64,000 nt of DNA. Origin: the human T2T-CHM13v2.0 reference genome, Homo sapiens. The translations under genes and the position numbers were made by a program. A model generated the notes under the pieces. That model saw only the letters and a program-made list of their open reading frames with translations, had not been told where the DNA came from and searched no databases. Below are positions 10,470-23,300 of the stretch, one piece after another. The stretch lies in NCBI RefSeq assembly GCF_009914755.1, contig NC_060948.1. The stretch is one strand, 5' to 3'. Each line of letters begins with the position of its first letter. Position 1 is the stretch's first letter.

Positions 10470-10540
10470 TGTGTGACTCTGTGTCTGTGTGTGTGTGTGT
10501 GTCTTTGTGTTTGTGTGTGTGTGTGTCTGTGTGTGTATGT
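10470..10540 (+). repeat. Compound (TG)n microsatellite after the TSPY polyA signal
   Basis: Directly visible. Length and interruptions differ in units 2 (~30776-30852) and 3 (~51068-51134). Confidence 0.95.
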
Positions 10541-13197
10541 TTATCCACTTTATTCGGGTGTCATAATGAATTGATCAATCCACGTGCTTTATTCTCTTCA
10601 TGGAAATAACCAGTCTGCGTTGGAGCTGGGCCTCTAAAGTTGTAGAGTGAATGGGTGTGGGATGTGTTGGGATTCTTCCTACAGGACAGAGTGGGAGAGG
10701 TAAAAGCAAAAGACAGCTTAGTTGGAGGCTGACTTCGTCCTATGGAAGCAGAGATAGTTCAAGGAAAGGGGTTACTGGGTTTCCAGGGCCCAGTTTGCTG
10801 GGACCTCCAAAATCCTTCATTTTGGGTATCATCATACACAGTAGCTAAGCACAGGATGATGGAAATCTTAAAGTTCGCTTTCGTGTTGAATCCACATGTT
10901 CTTTTAAAGGTGAATGCATGATCCTTTTCTGGGACAATCAGCCTCTCAGGACTTCTGAAACATCAACGTGAGAAGAAATGGGCATGTAAGGTGTATGGAG
11001 GGACTGTGGGAAAGGTGACAGAGGCATGTGGGAAGGCATTCAGGATACGCTTTTGGCAGAGATGACTAAGGGAAAACAGAAACTTACAGAAGTGAGGGGA
11101 AAGGGGGTGGATTAGTGGAATATAAGATTGTTGGAGAATCCATCCATGGACTCTCTTGTCACTTGATGACCCAGGATATGGACACTCTTGTTGATGTTTA
11201 CATCTTTAGTTGTTTTAAGCTTTTCTCCAAGATTCTGTGTTAGGTGAGGAGCCAATAACGTATGTAGCTAACAACAGTACGAGTGCATTTTGTGCTCTTG
11301 CAAAGTCTAGTGAGGCTCTATTCTCCCTCGTGATTGGCACTGCAGATTGTATCTGGACCCAGGGCCCCTAAATTTTCTGTGGCCTCTTCAGCATAGTTTG
11401 CCTAAGGTTTAGAACGTAAAGCGAATATAGTTGCGGAATATGTTTTGCAAGCCTCACACAGGAGGACAAAACATACAGCTTTCATTCGCGAGTGGGAGGC
11501 TGCTTCCCAGGAACACGTGTGTCTGCACAAGACAAGGGGTTGCCTCTGTCAAGGATGGGGCAGGAGGATTTCAGTGTCGGAGGCAGAACTTTCTTTCCTG
11601 TTCCCAGATGAAACAGTTCCAACACGAGCATCCATGTTGACCACACGCTACTAGAGTGCTAACATTGCTGTCCCGTATAGACTCTGGTCAGCACAGCTTC
11701 TGTGAGAAGAGCTATGTTGTTTCAGGGAAGAGGGTTTGACAGTCAAAGTTCCTGAATCTGTTGTGGTGCCTGCAATATGCATTCTACCCCTCCTGCTCGG
11801 TGTCAAAGCAGTTGAGCTTTGAAAATCTATCGCCCGGTTTTGTCCCTGCTCCTATGCAGACCTCTGAAGCTCTGGAGCGGGAGTCTTGTCCTCCTCTGAC
11901 TACCGTCCCCCTGACCCACAAACACAGGAGAAACAGGTGTTCTAAGCAAATTATTCTGAAAACAGTCGGAACACTTTGGCCCCCTCAAGCTGCCCTCTAT
12001 CCTACTGTGTGCATGTCAAAGACACTGTGGTCCAGTACGGTATCCCTATAGCGGCAATGGGGCAACAGATTGGTGTGTGCACTCTGGGCAACTCAGATTA
12101 GGAAACGTCTGGGGACTTGCCTATAACGAGGTCGTCTTAAAACGTGTTGCCCCAAATTTAAGGCATAGGAAAATGTTGAGGAAAGGGTCTTGCAATGATT
12201 TTTCTAGGAGGTAAATAGATAAGAAAATGACCGTAAATAGATGCCAGGGCTAGTTTTGGAGCTAGCCTTTTTTAAAGTGGTGGTAGGGGAGGAGGTTTTT
12301 CCAAGGCAGGTAGCAAACCAGGAACTGTCTACGATGGATGGGCGTGCCATGGGTTGGTGGCTCCGCCATATTGCCACCCCACGGAGTCGATGCAGCAGAC
12401 TGGGCTTCTTGCTTGAATCCTACGTGCAATTCAGTCTAGTGATTTCACATGAGATCCCTTCTTCTGGTATTATCACAGATCGTGCTGAATTATACAGGCT
12501 GTGTAATGCTTCTTCCACTGAATATCCGTGCACGTGGGCCACAGATGCTAAGGGCACTGACAAATTTGCACCGTGCCTCAGTAACTCGGAAGCACATCTG
12601 TGATTTGTACCGACAGGGACTTGGTGTCTTTTCGTGTTTAAAGTAGCACGTGTGTGTTTGTGGTTGCGTATGTTTATTTCTCTGTGCGGGTTTGTATATT
12701 TTCTCTGACTCCACCTATGTCTCCGTGGTTCCGATATTTTTCCACACTCCCTGCGACAATTTGCACATGCCTATCTCTACAACCATTGTAGACTTTGTAT
12801 CTGTGTCTTTGAACATCTGTCACTCTCTCTCCCTTCCTTTTTTCTTTTCCTTCCTTTACACCCCTCCTTTCATCCTTCCCTTGCTTCCCCACCACACTCT
12901 CTCCATCTGTATCGTCTATGTTTCTATTCTCTATCTGGGTTTACTTTCTAATTCTGAATTCAAGGGCATTGAATTGAAAAGAAGCACTCTTCGTACTTTT
13001 ATGTGTTTTAACTCATTTGGGGAATTTGGCGTGGTATTATTTACAGGGTTCTCTCTGCCCTTTCTCATTGTTCTCCCCAGCCGGGGCTGTTATTATGTGA
13101 AAGCTGGTTTCCTTCATCACATCGCGTAGGCTCTAATGATGTTTCGTTTATTTTGATTCTCCTCACACTACATAGTTTTAATTTACCTAATGTGACT

Positions 13198-13500
13198 GTT
13201 TTTTTGTTTGTTTTCCGAGAATGGGTCTTACTCTGTCTTCTAGGTTGGACAGCAGCCCCACGATCTCAGCCCACTGCAGCCCAGGCACCACACACCCATG
13301 TGATCCTGTCAACTCAGACTCTCACACACCTGGCAGTACAGGTGCATGCCACCCCTCCAAGCTATGTATTAATTAACTAAATACTTACTTTTTGAATGTG
13401 GGTCCATGTTGCCCCAGGCTCATCTGGAACTCCTGAGTGCAGGCAATCCTCCCACCTCAGCTTATCAAAGTGCTGGGATGACAGGTGTGACCCATGGCCC
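13198..13500 (-). mobile_element. Old (AluJ-like) Alu, antisense (also ~33510-33812 and ~53792-54094)
   Basis: T tail then gggtcttactctgtc...catgttgcccc aggct...gaactcctgag...caatcctcccacctcagc...caaagtgctgggatgacaggtgtga. Confidence 0.85.
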
Positions 13501-13644
13501 TGCCATGGCTTTGTGTTTTTTGCTTTTTTCTTCCTCCTCCTCACGTCTTGTTTTGAAACATGCACTGAAGGTTTCAATTCATGGACTATAGCCTCTGTGC
13601 CTGGAATTTCTATCTTTCAACTCATCATCAGCATTCATTGGGAT

Positions 13645-13648
<4 letters not shown>

Positions 13649-13694
<46 letters not shown>

Positions 13695-13812
13695 ATATAA
13701 GAATACCTATGTACACACATATATACGTATATACATGTATATACGTATATATGCACATTTATATACGTATATACATGTATATACGTATATATATACATGT
13801 ACACATATGTAT
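13649..13812. repeat. (AT)n plus TATACG/TATACA low-complexity tract
   Basis: Directly visible. The pure (AT)n run is 30 bp longer in unit 1 than in units 2 and 3 (ORF 180 aa versus 170 aa). Confidence 0.95.
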
Positions 13813-13939
13813 TTATTTCTCAAGTTACGAAACGGCTTGCATTCTTTCCTGTGTCATGAAAAAGACTTTGCTAGAAAAGAAAAGCACTGCTTTATAATAA
13901 AATATTTTATTTGCATTTATTTTGTTAAGGCATTTTAAA

Positions 13940-15680
13940 AATTGTATGTTTGTTTAAAAAATGTCATATGAAATGATACATATTTACAACTTAAGGCGTG
14001 ATGTTCAACAGGTCATATACATTATGCATTGGATACATCCAGCCAATCAACATATGTGTGACCTCACATAGTTGTCATTTTTGTTGTGAAAAAACTTGAC
14101 CTGCACTGTATTCGAATATTTTTAGAGAAAGAATATGTTACCACTAGTTATAGTGAGCATGCTGAAGAAAATATTTTTAACCTATTCCTCCTTTATAACT
14201 AGAAGTATGAGTTCTTCATCCAGCATCTCGTCAGTGCACCCTCTTCACCGCAGTCATTGGAGTCACTACTTCTGTGAAGTCCGCTTTTTTGATTTCATAT
14301 AAGAATGAGATCATGTGCTACTTTCCTTTCTGATACCTGGCTTATGTCACTTAACAGAATGGCATGCACACATTCAGCAGATTCCCACACATTCTCACAA
14401 CTGGCAGGATTTCCTGATTTCTTATTGCAGCGCATATTTACGTTGCGCATATGCGTTTTTGCCCCATTTTTTAATCCACTTATCAATGGAGGGACTCTCA
14501 GGTTGCTTCCGCATTTTGGCTACAGCAAAAATGTAATGAGTGCAGCAATAATTGCATGGGTGCGCGCACCGCTTCAACATACTGATCTGTGTACTGGCGG
14601 GCGTGCCCGGGTATTCTGATTTGCTGGATCATATAGTGGGTGGTTCTACTTGTAGATTTCTGAAGGCTGTTTATACTTAAATAAGAGCCATAAAGCTTCT
14701 TTAATGCCAGCACTAATTTACATTCTCCCCAAAAGTGAACAGGGAATTCGTTTTCTCTGCCTCCTCACCAGAGATTAGGGTTTTCTTTTCTTTCTTTTTT
14801 TTTTTTTGTTTGTTTGTCTTTCGGATAATATGCATTCTGACTGAAGTGAGAAGAAATCTCATTGTGTTTTTGATTTGCATTTTCGTGATGGATTGGGGAT
14901 AATGAGGAATTTTTAGTGTGTCTTCTGGGCAACTGTATGTCTCAGTTTCACAAATGAGTCTTCGCAGCCTTCGCCCATTTGTTTTCATGCTATTGAGTTG
15001 TTGGGAGTTCCTTATGTACTGTGACTATTCCCCCATGAACAGATGTATGGTGATCCAATCATTGCTCCCATCCTGTAGGATGCCCCTTCTGTATGTTGAG
15101 TTTTCTATGGTGTGGTGAAGCACTTTAGTTTGATATGATTCCATTCTCTATTTTTGATGGTGTTTACTGTGTTCTTGCAGTCACTTTGAGACCATCATTG
15201 CACACACGGACGCCATGGAGCTTCTTCCTTGTGATCTCTTCTGCTATTTTTATCGTTTCACATCTGACACTGGAGTTTGGTGATAAATAATCCACTTGTA
15301 AAATCCTTTGTGTGGGTATTCAGATTTCCCCAACCTAGTTTATAGAAGATACTTGATTTTGCATTGGGCGTTCTTGCTTCTTTGGGAAAAGGCTGTGAGC
15401 TGCAAATGCAGTGACTTAGTTCTGGGCTCCTGTTGTTTTTCCTAAGCTCTAGTCTCTGCTTTTCTGCCAGTGCTATTGTATTTCGGTACAAAAAGTTTTG
15501 TAGTAGTATATCATGAAGTTAGGTAGTGGGGTGGCTCCAGCTTTGTGCTTTTTACTGGATTGCTCTGGGTTTTCAGGATCTTCTGCCATTTCATAGCAAA
15601 TTTGGGATTCCCAGATTGTTTTTCTAAGAAGAATGTGTCATTGATATTTTTACAGGGGTTGTATAGAATCTGAGGATGAC
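13940..15680 (-). mobile_element. L1 (L1M-type) 3' fragment: ORF2 C-terminus and 3' UTR (also ~34220-35960 and ~54500-56240)
   Basis: Minus-strand KMQIKNTMRFLLTSVRMHIIRK resembles L1 ORF2 EMQIKTTMRYHLTPVRMAIIKK, and SSIFYKLGWGN resembles DSLFNKWCWEN. It has many stops. Confidence 0.9.
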
Positions 15681-16395
15681 TCAGGTAGTAGTGATGTCAA
15701 TGCCGTTTAGACAATGTGCGTGTTTGTGTGCACAAGCTCAGGGCCAAGAGACACTGGGTGTCCTCACCAATACTGAGGTGGGCCTTAATATCCAGCCAGA
15801 TTGCCTTCTGGAAACACACGGAATGTCCTGTTCTGTTTTGCCATCTCTTCACATTTCCTCCCCTGTGAGCCCTGTGTGGTCCTCCAGATTCCCTGTGCGG
15901 TGGCCTGCCTTTTTTGGGGTGGGGAGTTGCTGGGTGAATGAGGATGGCGGAGGGAACCAAGCATGTCAGTGGAGCGTGGTGTCATCCAAACGGTACTTAG
16001 CAGGCCTGGGAGAGTCATTCTGGGAGGACGCAGACCTAGAGAGGCCTCAGGTGGGCATCTGTGTGGAGGGTGAGAGATCCCTGGTTGAGCCCAAACTGAA
16101 CCCCAGGTAGAAGCAAGCCTCAGGACAGGGAAGTAGCTAGCAAGGGATGATGAGGGAGCTATCTCTTGACCCTGGCTTCCCACCCATTGACCTTAGCTAC
16201 TTGTGCCTATTAAGCAGATTACGGTTCCCCCATCGTGAAATGTGGGTACCACAGTTCCCTGATGGGCATTTCTCCACCAGCCCATGATGGCCTGAGTTTC
16301 CTTACTGCAGTCTCCTCCCTGAGCCTTGGCTTCTCTATGTGTGTCCTAACTCCAGGACCCACAGGCCTGTCAACCCCCAGCCCTGGGCTGCTTCC

Positions 16396-17170
16396 CTGGC
16401 CTCTTCTCTGTTCCCTCTCTGAGGGCCTAACTCCCTTGGGTAGTGCTGCAGAATATAGAGCCACAGGCCCTGGCTGATGATCTGGTGGACTGGGCAAATT
16501 GGTCGTGACAGGTCAGGTTCTGGTTCAAAGCCAATTCCTCCGATGCCAAGGAATGTCGAAGAAGGTCCTTTGCCATGATGCCCCATAGCTGCCCCACCTC
16601 AGCAATCGTGCCGTAACCTGGGCCCTCACAGTCAGATAACCAGCTGAAGAAGCTCAGGCAGTGACCTGCGGGAAACTCGGGCTTTCACCTGCATGACCCT
16701 AGAACCACTGGACTGCAGTGGAGCCAGTCGCCCTGTATCCTGGAGGGAGACGAGTCAGGAAGGCGCACGCCAGGCCCAGCTCCCGAGGTACTACCCCCTC
16801 TACTCCTCAGGGAGGATGCCAACGCAATACTCCTTAGTCATCACTTTGTTTCCGAAGTAAATGTTGTGATGAAAGGCAAACTTCTTCCTACCCCTTGTAT
16901 TCAGGGTGGCCGAGTTCCTCCACCTGCCTGTCCAAGAAGGAGAAACAGGGCTGTGAAGGGGCAATTTCATCTAGGTGGGCTGAGGTGGCATTCTAGCCGG
17001 GGTGAAGCATGCGTTTCCCCTTCCCAGCTTTCCCGCTGAGACACACCTGAGCCCCAGAAGGACCTCAACCTGACCAGGACCTTAGCACCCTCCCCCAGAC
17101 CCAGGCTTTCCATCCTGACCTGCAAATCCAACATGCAGCTTTGAAGGACTTTCTCATGGTTTCTGAGCTC
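16396..17170 (-). pseudogene. Second, 5'-truncated TSPY-like relic (partial exon 2 to exon 5), unit 1
   Basis: e2 3' end at 17120 (...ttggatttgcag|gtcagg). e3 16923-16811 (VEELGHP.../FAFHHNIYFGNKVMTKEYCVGIL). e4 16739-16598 (YRATGSTAVQWF*...IAE). e5 starts at 16481 (IISQGLWLYILQHY). It has stops, frameshifts and dead donors. Confidence 0.85.
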
Positions 17171-19099
17171 CTTGCTCTCACCAGAAAGAATCAGAACTTT
17201 TAAAGTGTTCTTTATGCCAACTTAAATTTTTCATTTTTACTACCTCATGTTTTGGATGAGGCATGTATTTTTAAATTTATTTTCACCCTTATTGTACCTC
17301 TATGATAAACTGCTTGCTTACATTCATACCGTAATTATCTCTCAGGTTACTTGTCTGTTCCTAAAGATTCACTGAAATGAAGAATTCTATATATGCTTGT
17401 ATCTTTCAGCAACCGTATGTCAGATAGCACTGCACATTACTGCAGACATCGCATATACAGGTCCAAAGGTAGAGGAAGAAGAAGAAAGCAAGCGTTAAGC
17501 TCTATACATTCCTAAAAGCATATCAGAAACTCACAAATAACAGTGAAATCAAAGAATGATCACAGCCAATTCCATTACATACCTAGACTGAAATACGAAA
17601 CTTCAAAGAAAAGAAACATTAGAACTTTGGGTTTGTAAAAATTTTCCTATATAGATAAAATTATTGGTAACTGTGTCTCACTAGAAAACGTAAACAAAAG
17701 TCCATGTTTTTCATATTTGTAAATATACATAGTTTTATTTCCATCAGTTATGACATGCAAGCAAGTAATAAAGTGAAAGTACAATCAAATGATATATGGA
17801 ACTTCCTCAGTCTTAAAATATTCCATGGAGACTATCAATTTTATGAAAACTATAAAGAATGCTTCATGAAACTACATTGTACAGTGCCATTTACTATTTT
17901 ACTGATATTTTAAATAATCAACAATTAAAGGGAATACATCAACATTATTTAATACCAATAACGTTATTTTTCTTGAGTAATCCTGTTGAAATTAAGGATT
18001 TTAAATAAAACATTAAAAACAAATTATATTGACTGATTTCAGCTTTGGATGAAATCATACTTGTGTATTTGTAGTAATGCGAAGCATAACTTTCTCCTCA
18101 CAATTAATCTTTTATAACATCGGTGTTATAGTTTTCTCTGACACCAACATTGTGATATCGCACAGGTTTACTGCATGCATGCATTACATGCCTCCAGAGA
18201 GTAGGCTTCAAATATATGGAAAAATTATATTTATGAAAAAATTCTAGGAAAGGGTATGGTGAAATGGAAGAGAATTTCTCACTTGCTAACTGTTGGACAT
18301 GGATTTGTATATATTTGGATATAGACACATACTGGCACACTGTGAGTTTGCCCATGTATATATACACTTAAATGAGAAACCCATAATATATGGGTTGTGT
18401 AATCTTTTAATTAATCCATAATTGTATGTGTGTGAAATTAGATAAGCGGTTACCTTTTCTTTACTCAATTTGATGGAAAGCCAAAAAACTCTGTCCACCT
18501 TCATTTCAATTAATCCAATACTGTTAACTGCTGGTAGCTTCATTCTCCTTGTTCTCTTACGGCAACCGGAAAGTTAATTCTCGCTCTAATTTGGCTTTCA
18601 AGGTGCGATCAACAAGAGTGTCACCTTGCTGTGGATTGTGACCTCTGACTCCACCTCTGTCTTCCTTTTGCAGTCCTACCTTTGCATAGGTAACAAACTT
18701 TGTACATGGTTAAAAGGATAAAAGTTCAGTGAAATGTCAAGCCATGCTGTGAAATGTTCCATAGTTTCTATATCTCTAATTGTCCTTTGATGTTATAGAG
18801 GCAAGAAAAATAATTCAATGTTTTTCTTAGTATCTAGTCCAATGCACTCTTTCTTCATAATACTGCAAACAAGGCACTGACATGGAAACGTGGCTGGACG
18901 TCTCAAAATCTCTTCTCATTAATTACCATTATGTTAATCACTGTTGCCCACAACTGGAATTGGACTTTGAAATCCCCTGGTGGAAATTGCTATAATGGCT
19001 CAAACTACTGGAAAGACTATCTTTTTTTACCTGAAAATATCTGATGAGCATAGACGTATGCTATATACAGGAAGATATTGTACATTAACAACATACCAT

Positions 19100-19551
19100 C
19101 ACTGCCACTCAATAATAGGTATCCCAAACCTTTGAGCCAAACTGAGCTCGGGTGCTCCCACAAACCAAGCTTTTCCCTCCACAGATTTCTTATGTCAAAA
19201 AGCCACAACTCCAGGCCAGGCTTCGTGGCTCTTGTTGTAATTTCTACATTTTGGGAGGCCGAGGTTGGTGGGTCACTTGAGGTCAGGAGTTGGAGACCAG
19301 CATGGGCAACATGGCAAAAAGCTGTCTCTACCAAAAATACAAAAATTAGCCAGACCTAGTGGCACTTTCCTGTGGTCCCAGCTACTTGGGAGGCTGAGGT
19401 AGGAGAACCACCTGAACATGGGTGGCAGAGATTGTATAGTAAGCCAAGATCAGACTACTGCACTCCAGCCTGGATGACACAGCGAGACCATGAAAAAAAA
19501 AATAAAGGCAACTCCACTCGTCCACTGGCTTAGGTAAAAAATACTGGAGTT
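19100..19551 (+). mobile_element. L2-like fragment interrupted by an Alu
   Basis: ccaaactgagctc...cccacaaacc...ttttccctcc...ttcttatgtca [Alu] aaggcaactccactcgtcca..ggcttaggtaaaaa..ctggagt resembles the L2 3' consensus as I recall it. Confidence 0.5.
19214..19505 (+). mobile_element. Full-length Alu (also ~39496-39800 and ~59778-60082)
   Basis: ggccaggc..gtggctc...tttgggaggccgagg...gaggtcaggagtt...aaaaatacaaaaattagcc...cactccagcctgg plus A tail. Flanking caactcca repeat looks like a target-site duplication. Confidence 0.93.
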
Positions 19552-19867
19552 GGCTGGGCTCGGTGGCTCACACCTGTATTCCCAGCACTTTGGATTTTGG
19601 GAAGCTGAGTCGGGCGGGTCACCTGAGATCTGTAGTAGGAGAGCAGCCTGGCCAACATGGTGAAGCCTGGCTTCTACTAAAAATACAAAACATTAGCTGA
19701 GCGTGGTGATGCATGCTTGTAATCCCAGCTACTGCAGAGGCTGAACCTGGGAGGCGGAGGATGTGTTGAGCTGAGATCCTGCCACTGCGCTCCAGCCTGG
19801 TCTACAGAGCGAGAGTACCCTGTGAGAAACAAAGGTGAAGAGAACAAGAAAAAAAAATGAGAAAAAT
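19552..19867 (+). mobile_element. Second full-length Alu (also ~39848-40163 and ~60130-60445)
   Basis: ggctgggctcggtggctcacacctgtattcccagcactttgg...ctactaaaaatacaaaa...gccactgcgctccagcctgg plus A-rich tail. Confidence 0.93.
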
Positions 19868-19963
19868 AAGACCCACTGCAAAAGGTTGCCACAGAAAAGA
19901 TTAAACATTTCAGCAACTTCTATCTTCTATCATGGAAGCCAAGGTTATTTGGACCAAACCTCC

Positions 19964-20316
19964 TGTCTTAGTTCATTTTCACGCTGCTGAAGAAGAGATA
20001 CCTGAAACTGGGAATAAAAGGAGGTTTAATTGGACTGACAGTTCCACATGGCTGTGGAGGCCTCAGAATCATGGTATACGAATAAAGGCACTTCTTACAT
20101 GGCAATGCCAAGAGAGAATGAGGAAGAACCTGAGGCAGAAACCCCTGAAAAACCCATCAGATCCCGTGAGACTTCTTCACTGTCACAAGAATAGCATGAG
20201 AAAGACCGACCCCCATGATTCAATTACCTCCCCCTGGGTCCCACCCGCAACACGAGGGAATTCTGGGAGATACAATTGAAGCTGAGATTTGAATGGAGAC
20301 ACACCAAACCATGTCA
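19964..20316 (+). mobile_element. THE1/MST-family (ERVL-MaLR) solo LTR; strand given as consensus orientation (also 40260-40612 and 60542-60894; its last bases are at window 1-5)
   Basis: TG...CA ends. Contains tgtcttagttcattttcacgctgct...aggtttaattggact..cagttccacatggctg..gaggcctcagaatcatgg...cccatgattcaattacctccc...ccaaaccatgtca. Near-perfect 5-bp target-site duplication cctcc/cttcc. Confidence 0.9.
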
Positions 20317-23300
20317 CTTCCCAAACAATTAAAAATTCCCAATAGAAGAAGCATTAATTATATCAAAAAGTGGTGGACCAAGAAGGAACTATTAGCCTCA
20401 TATCTCAAGAAAGACTCCAGTCAAGGCCTAGGGACTACTCATGAAAAGAGTTTAATAGCCGACTCTCTCCCAGTGGATCTGGATTCCACCGGACTGTATC
20501 TTCACAGTAAGGGTGAAACAGAAGCAAACCCATTCCTATTTCCAAGCTCAAGGAACTTTGGTCAAAGTTCTCTTGGAGCTGAGCAGAACAAGGAGGCAAA
20601 CAGAAAAGATTTGTGTCCCTGAGAAGTCATGGCCACAGGCTGGCTATCACACAGATTGTCAAGCCAGTTCCATATTGCATGGGTATTACAGAAAATCTCA
20701 AAACATAAATTTGTGTGTGGGTTGTCCCAGAGTAGCAGGATCTGGCAGAAGGAAATTTCCTTCTAACCCTCAAAGAATCCACATAAATCTTGTTACATTT
20801 GGGATTTTACGATTTGCTTCAGGAATGAGAATGGCCTTAATTTTCATATCTTTTTCTACACTCAGTTTATGGCTTGTTGGCGTCAAAGTTCTGCTTGCTT
20901 CACACAATGAGTTTAGGATTTTCCCTTTTTTATTCTATAGAATTCTTCATATATATTGAAATGCTCTGCCTGGGGAAAAAAATCTGAGCCTAGCGTTTTA
21001 TCTCTAGGAAGAATCCTTTATTTCCTTGAACATTTATGAGACTATACAGATTATATATGTCTTCTTGTATCAATTTTACTAAGCTATATACATAGCTTAT
21101 GTTTATATATTATATATATAAATGTAAGATACAAATATAAAAATTATGTATAAATATGAAAATATATATAGAAAGCGATATATATGTCTATATATATAGA
21201 CAGATTATAAATATCTGTCTATTTGATCTAAGTTTTCAAATTTGTAGGTTAAGGTGTTAATGATATTTCCTTATTAGCTTCTTAATCTATGCTGTATCTA
21301 TGGTTGTGTACCTTTTAAATTCTTAGTTTTATCTATGTTTTCTCCCTTTTTTTCTAAACTTGACTGACGGTTGCATCATTTATTATATTTCTCCAACAAG
21401 CAAAGGTTAGCTTTGTATGTTTTACTAATTTTGTCTACATCATTATTCCCACACTTTAGTTTTTCAGAATTGATTCTGTTGTTTCTTTTCTAATTCTTTA
21501 TTGAAATATCTAGTACATTAATTTTCAAGTTATTAGAGAAATATTTGTCTGTAAACTCCTATTGTAATATCACTTTTCTTGCTACTCACAGATTTAATCT
21601 TTAATATTGGCGGTATCATTGAGTTCTAAGTACATTTCAATTCCTAGTATGATAATCTATGAATTGCTGAGAAATAGTGTTTACAATTTTGTTGTTCTAT
21701 TTCCACTTAAGTTTATTTTTACTTCTGCTAACTCAATTGAAAATTCTTTACTAATTTTTAAAATCCTTGAACCCAAGAGATGGAGGTTGCAGTGAGCTGA
21801 GATCAGGCCACTGCATTCCAGACTGAGTGACAGAGTGGAACGAGATTTCAAAACAAAACAAAACAAAACAAAACAAAACAAAACAGTCACTGGAAAGATA
21901 ATAAAATACATAAATGTGGGATGTAATATGTAATCGTGATAAAATAAACTGGATTTTTTGTATAAGTTATACATATAAATGTAATGCCAAGACACTGATA
22001 AGACAACTCATGGTCTTATCTCAATACTTAGTGTCTTCATGTAACATATGTCCTTTAGGATAGTTATAGTCCGTTTTCTTTCCAGGAGAGACAGATGAGA
22101 ATGCAGAAATGTTAAAGTGCAAGGGACGGAAGCTTCCAGCTGTGCCCACCTGTAACCTGACGTAGACAGTTCCACCGTTTGCTTCATTAATCATGCCAAA
22201 GGCTCTAATGCAAATGTGGTACAGAGTCACATGTTTTTGTATCTACATGATAGAAACTATAACTTCATCCCTATATAGAAGGGTATATAGCATATGCCTC
22301 AGTGATAAATATAAGTGAATCCTTGATCAGTAGGAAACCATTTTAAAAGTCTTTCATAACAGAACAAAATCCCTGAAAACATTTTCTTCTCAATCTCTGA
22401 GTTTTCTTACACGGCTTATGAATCTCTAGCCATACTAAAGAGATAGTATGCTGCTCTTCCCACAAATTATTCATTGTATATAATTCCTGTAATCTAATAA
22501 CAGTACCTTTACACCTCAGGGTTTAAAATGACTCCAACCTTTTTCTGTTTCTCCAATTAAAATAACTTTTTTAAGGTTTAATCTTCAGTAATTTTTTGTA
22601 GTAATATTTTTGAAGGTATTTGACCAGGATGATTTGCTTATATACCTACCTGACGTCTCCCTTTCTTCTGAATACATATTTTATTACCCACCTATTAGAT
22701 CTAAGTTTAAGAAGTTGGAATAGGGATTTAAATCTAAATTCTACATTTGAATTTACAGGAGTCAGCGAGTCCGGGAAGTGCCTTTATGCACAGACCAATA
22801 TCTGGCAATGGCACTAGGAGACAAATAAGCTTTACCAGTCTCAAAGCCCTGGCTACTACAGTGAATCCACCCTTCTCCTGGATCTTATCTACTTCAGCAA
22901 AAGAAGGCCACCCACTAAACCAGGCCCTTGTACTTTGGGTGGAAACTCCTAAGTCCTCTAGTCTCCTCAAACAGACAGCCAGGCTGCCAATTTCCACAAT
23001 AATAATTTCTATAGCACTGAGTCTTTGGTAGCCTTGTAACTATAGCTACTGATGCTACAGTCTGGTCCCTGTATGATAAAACACCAGAGCAACAGAAACA
23101 AAAATATTGACTGAAGCCTTCTAAAATCTCTCTAAATATACCTTCAATAAATATCGTTTTTTTTACAGAACGACTGCTTTCAGCTTCCTGAACTAACGCT
23201 TGGCCTTCGCTAGTTGTCACTGTTGAAATTGATTCAAAAGTGTACATTTAACATGAAAGTCAACACAGAATTTCATGTGTCAGCAACTAAAATTTTCAAA

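Noticed and set aside
12650-13938. Hydrophobic 159-aa and 180-aa ORFs
   Set aside because: They derive from pyrimidine-rich sequence, an antisense Alu and the (AT)n tract, with no recognisable domain.
17400-18700. Exon-like patches (tttcag at ~17405; purine-rich minus-strand stretch 18540-18690)
   Set aside because: I could not assign homology or a consistent splice and frame structure. A database search would be needed.
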